From an uncultured bacterium (GTDB lineage Bacteria > Babelota > Babeliae > Babelales > Vermiphilaceae): a stretch of DNA of 64,000 bases. The stretch lies in contig OY969561.1 of NCBI GenBank assembly GCA_963701085.1, positions 160,001 to 224,000 of the forward strand. Direction: 5' to 3'. The position numbers and the translations under genes were made by a program. Position 1 is the stretch's first letter. Every line of letters starts with the position of its first letter. Under the pieces are notes generated by a model, which was not told where the DNA came from, ran no database searches, and saw only the letters and a list, made by a program, of their open reading frames with translations. Positions 61,231 to 64,000 of this stretch are shown piece by piece.

Positions 61231-61258
61231 ATCCTTCAACAAATTCAGGATGAGCGCG
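61231..61258. repeat. Single arm of the palindromic element overlapping the tatD stop
   Basis: atccttcaacaaattcaggatgagcgcg. Confidence 0.75.
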
Positions 61259-62075
61259 TCGGGGAGAGATCTTTGAGGTTAAATAGGTGTAGTGCATTTT
61301 GTGTTGTTTGTTGAGCAATAATTTCAAAAGATTCGCCCCTTAATTGTGCAATATATTCCGCTATATCTTTTATATACTGAGGATGATTTTGTTTGCCACG
61401 CATTGCTTGTGGTGGTAAAAATGGTGCATCAGTTTCTAAAACAATATTTTTTAAATCAGTTGTGGTAACAACGTTGCGCAATTCATTATTTTTAGGATAG
61501 GTAATGGTTCCGCCAATGCCGAGCATAAAACCCCAATCAGTGACCGTTTTTGCAAAAGCTTGGTCATAAGAAAAACAGTGCATAGCCGTCCGCATAGGAT
61601 TGTTTTTATATTCTTCTAATACGCGTAATGTTTCATCATAGGCATCACGGCTGTGGACGATGAGTGCAAGATCGTTTTCAAGAGCAAGTTCTATTTGAGC
61701 TTTAAACGCATCACGCTGGCGATTGAGATTATAATCAGGATAATGCATATCGATGCCACATTCGCCAATACCAACAATTTTATTGGTTTCTTTTTTTTGC
61801 ACCCATGATTTTAGAAGTTCAAAATCTTCCTGCCAGGTATCGGAATCATTCGGGTGAATGCCAACCGTTGCAAAGACAGAATTAAATGTTTGTGCAAGGA
61901 GAACGCAATTGCCATTTTCAATACTGCGGGTACCAACATTAATAATAATGGAGACTCCTGCTGCGTGAGCTTGGTCGATAATAATGTGTGCTTTTGGTAA
62001 ATCAGATTTTTCGAGTGGAGTATCAAAGCTACTTTTTACCATCATGTTAATGTGGCAATGAGTATCGATTAACAT
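61245..62075 (-). CDS. tatD: TatD-family hydrolase
   Basis: LIDTHCH, GIHP, IGECGID, HSRDA, HCF, ETDAPFL. Confidence 0.95.
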   Translation of the reverse strand: MLIDTHCHINMMVKSSFDTPLEKSDLPKAHIIIDQAHAAGVSIIINVGTRSIENGNCVLLAQTFNSVFATVGIHPNDSDTWQEDFELLKSWVQKKETNKIVGIGECGIDMHYPDYNLNRQRDAFKAQIELALENDLALIVHSRDAYDETLRVLEEYKNNPMRTAMHCFSYDQAFAKTVTDWGFMLGIGGTITYPKNNELRNVVTTTDLKNIVLETDAPFLPPQAMRGKQNHPQYIKDIAEYIAQLRGESFEIIAQQTTQNALHLFNLKDLSPTRSS

Positions 62076-62281
62076 ATTAAAATCCTTGCTAAATAATTTT
62101 TTTAAGATTATTGTTTTAAATTTTTATGAATAATTTGACAAAGTTCTTTGAAATTATTATATCTTACAACATTATACTATATTTGTAGTGTATAGCGTGA
62201 TGAATTTTTGGAAAGAAAGTTTTAGTGAAGAGACAGTGTTTTATTTCAATTATTTTTACTAACCATATATGAGGAGTTCTT

Positions 62282-62569
62282 ATGAACAAGAGCGAATTAA
62301 TAAATGAGCTCAGCGAAGAGACAACATTCAGCAAAATGGATGTTACTCGAGTGCTAGATTCACTAACCCGCGTTGTTAGTCGTGCATTAAAGAAAGGCGA
62401 AAAAGTTTCTATCACAGGATTTGGAAGCTTTTGGATTTCTTGCCGACCAGCTCGTAAAGGAATAAATCCTGCAACCAAAGAACGTATTGATTTGCCTGAA
62501 ATCAGCATCCCTCGTTTCAAAGCTGGCAAAAGCTTACGTGAAGTTGTTCGTTCCGTAAGACTAGGTTAA
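62282..62569 (+). CDS. HU-family DNA-binding protein
   Basis: MNKSELI, GFGSF, ARKGINP.T, P.FKAGK. Confidence 0.95.
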   Translation: MNKSELINELSEETTFSKMDVTRVLDSLTRVVSRALKKGEKVSITGFGSFWISCRPARKGINPATKERIDLPEISIPRFKAGKSLREVVRSVRLG

Positions 62570-62604
62570 TCAAAAAAACTTTTCGCAAGTAGAGTTTTTT
62601 ACAC

Positions 62605-62646
62605 AACCCAAGAAGTACATTTTTATGTATTTCTTGGGGTTTTTTT
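62605..62646 (+). terminator. Terminator hairpin after HU
   Basis: cccaagaagtacat-tttt-atgtatttcttggg followed by a T-run. Confidence 0.75.
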
Positions 62647-62652
62647 ATGTAA

Positions 62653-64000
62653 TTATTTTTTCCATCCAGGAAGCAAAGTTAGGTCTAATGTGGTTGCGTC
62701 TCGGAACATTGTACAAAAAATCGCGAGATCAATAGAATTGGCTTCGAGTGCTTGTCTTATTATTGTTAATAATTTTTGTTTGATGGGTTGTGGGCATGGT
62801 GCAAGGATTATTGTGCTCATATAGGTAAATAAAGTGCTTAAAAAATTGCATGTACAAAATTGTCGCGGAACTAAACCGTAGAAAAGAGCTTTTTTTAAGA
62901 AATTTTCTGATAACTGATTATTTTTTTGTAGATACTTTCCTTTTAAATATTCACCTGAAAGAAACATATATATTATTGGATGATCTTTTTTTTCGATAAA
63001 TTTTTTGGCAAGGTCTAAGGCTTTTGGCACGTCGTTCATCATTAATATATGATCGATAGCATTAAAATCAGCAGTCTCTTGATGATTTGGATACTGAATT
63101 AAGCCGCAATTTTTTTGATCAGAAGCGGTTGCAGGTTCTGTTTTTTTTTCTTCTTCTATTGACCACTCAGGACATAAAGATAAGTTTATGGATGTATTAT
63201 TTCCGTGTGCTGCTGCCTGAAAAGCTTTATAAAAATCTTCCATGTTAATACCCTTAGATTCAAAGGTTCGTCTGATTGTTGAAAGAAGGCGTTGTTTAAT
63301 TTCACGCGGATGATCTTCTGTGATCAAGACTATAATGTACTGGCAGAGAAATGTAAGCAAGTCAATATTACACAATTGATTGTTTTCTATGCCAAGCTCA
63401 AGAGCTCTCTGAAGAAATTTTTCTGAGACGGTATAATTCTTATCTGTTTTAAATGATTCTGATAAATAATTGAATGAATGGCAGATACATGATATCGAGT
63501 GACTAAATTTTTCAGCAGCGATTTTTATAAGCTCGTTTCCCTTAGCTACTTTTCCTTTGCTATATGCTTGTTGTGCAGAAAGAAAGGGCTCATAGGTTTC
63601 CTTATATTCTGTATCTTTAATGAGGGGTTTTTTAAGAAGAGAACAAGTGGCCCCAGTTGGCTTTTTTTCTTCTTCTGTTGACCATTCAGGGCATAAATAT
63701 AAGTCGATTGTTGTTTCGCTATGAACTATTTCACAAAAATGGGTAAGATCGATCTTATGAGCGAGAAGGTTTGTTTTAATTTCTAATAACAAGCTTCTTT
63801 TGAGAGAGGTTTCATTGGGTATGGAGAACACTTTTTGAATGTATTTGCATAATTTAACCAAGAATAGACTATTGCAAAATTGTTGTTCTATTAATCCATA
63901 CACAAGAGCGTTGTGTAAGAACTCTTTTGGGACGTTTTTTTGTACTACTCCGTCAAGAACGAGATAAATTCCTCCTTCAAGAAGCTGAGCGGCTGCAGTA
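62653..64000 (-). CDS. Large helical repeat protein, 5' end beyond the window
   Basis: Frame open to the window edge; three repeats with FL..AL..G....(F/L)C and (D/N)L.L(C/L)P.W. Confidence 0.7.
   Translation of the reverse strand, partial: TAAAQLLEGGIYLVLDGVVQKNVPKEFLHNALVYGLIEQQFCNSLFLVKLCKYIQKVFSIPNETSLKRSLLLEIKTNLLAHKIDLTHFCEIVHSETTIDLYLCPEWSTEEEKKPTGATCSLLKKPLIKDTEYKETYEPFLSAQQAYSKGKVAKGNELIKIAAEKFSHSISCICHSFNYLSESFKTDKNYTVSEKFLQRALELGIENNQLCNIDLLTFLCQYIIVLITEDHPREIKQRLLSTIRRTFESKGINMEDFYKAFQAAAHGNNTSINLSLCPEWSIEEEKKTEPATASDQKNCGLIQYPNHQETADFNAIDHILMMNDVPKALDLAKKFIEKKDHPIIYMFLSGEYLKGKYLQKNNQLSENFLKKALFYGLVPRQFCTCNFLSTLFTYMSTIILAPCPQPIKQKLLTIIRQALEANSIDLAIFCTMFRDATTLDLTLLPGWKK

Overview
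Low-GC bacterial chromosome segment. The gene content suggests an intracellular, protist-associated bacterium; Ca. Babeliae/Dependentiae (TM6) is my best guess, which is inference and not a database result. Housekeeping content: murC, yidC, recR, pepP, rplM, rseP, a nearly complete str-S10-spc-alpha ribosomal cluster (12.1-31.4 kb), sbcC, PMM/PGM, nfo, gap, tRNA(CAU), rnhA, SpoIID, an ABC transporter, MNT-HEPN toxin-antitoxin, putP, YbaK/ProX, tatD and HU. Several essential genes at 20.6-25.5 kb carry single-base frameshifts that look like consensus errors. Two non-obvious systems stand out. (1) A family of GC-rich 74-75 bp palindromes and related hairpin modules. These sit between genes, insert in frame into proteins (MurC, SpoIID-like, a large acidic protein) and nest inside one another; no mobiliser gene is present in the window. 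(2) A set of candidate host-targeted effectors. About 13 orphan proteins from several unrelated families have a signal peptide followed directly by Met. Several carry F-box-like motifs, and two combine F-box, ankyrin-like repeats and a C-terminal CaaX prenylation motif.
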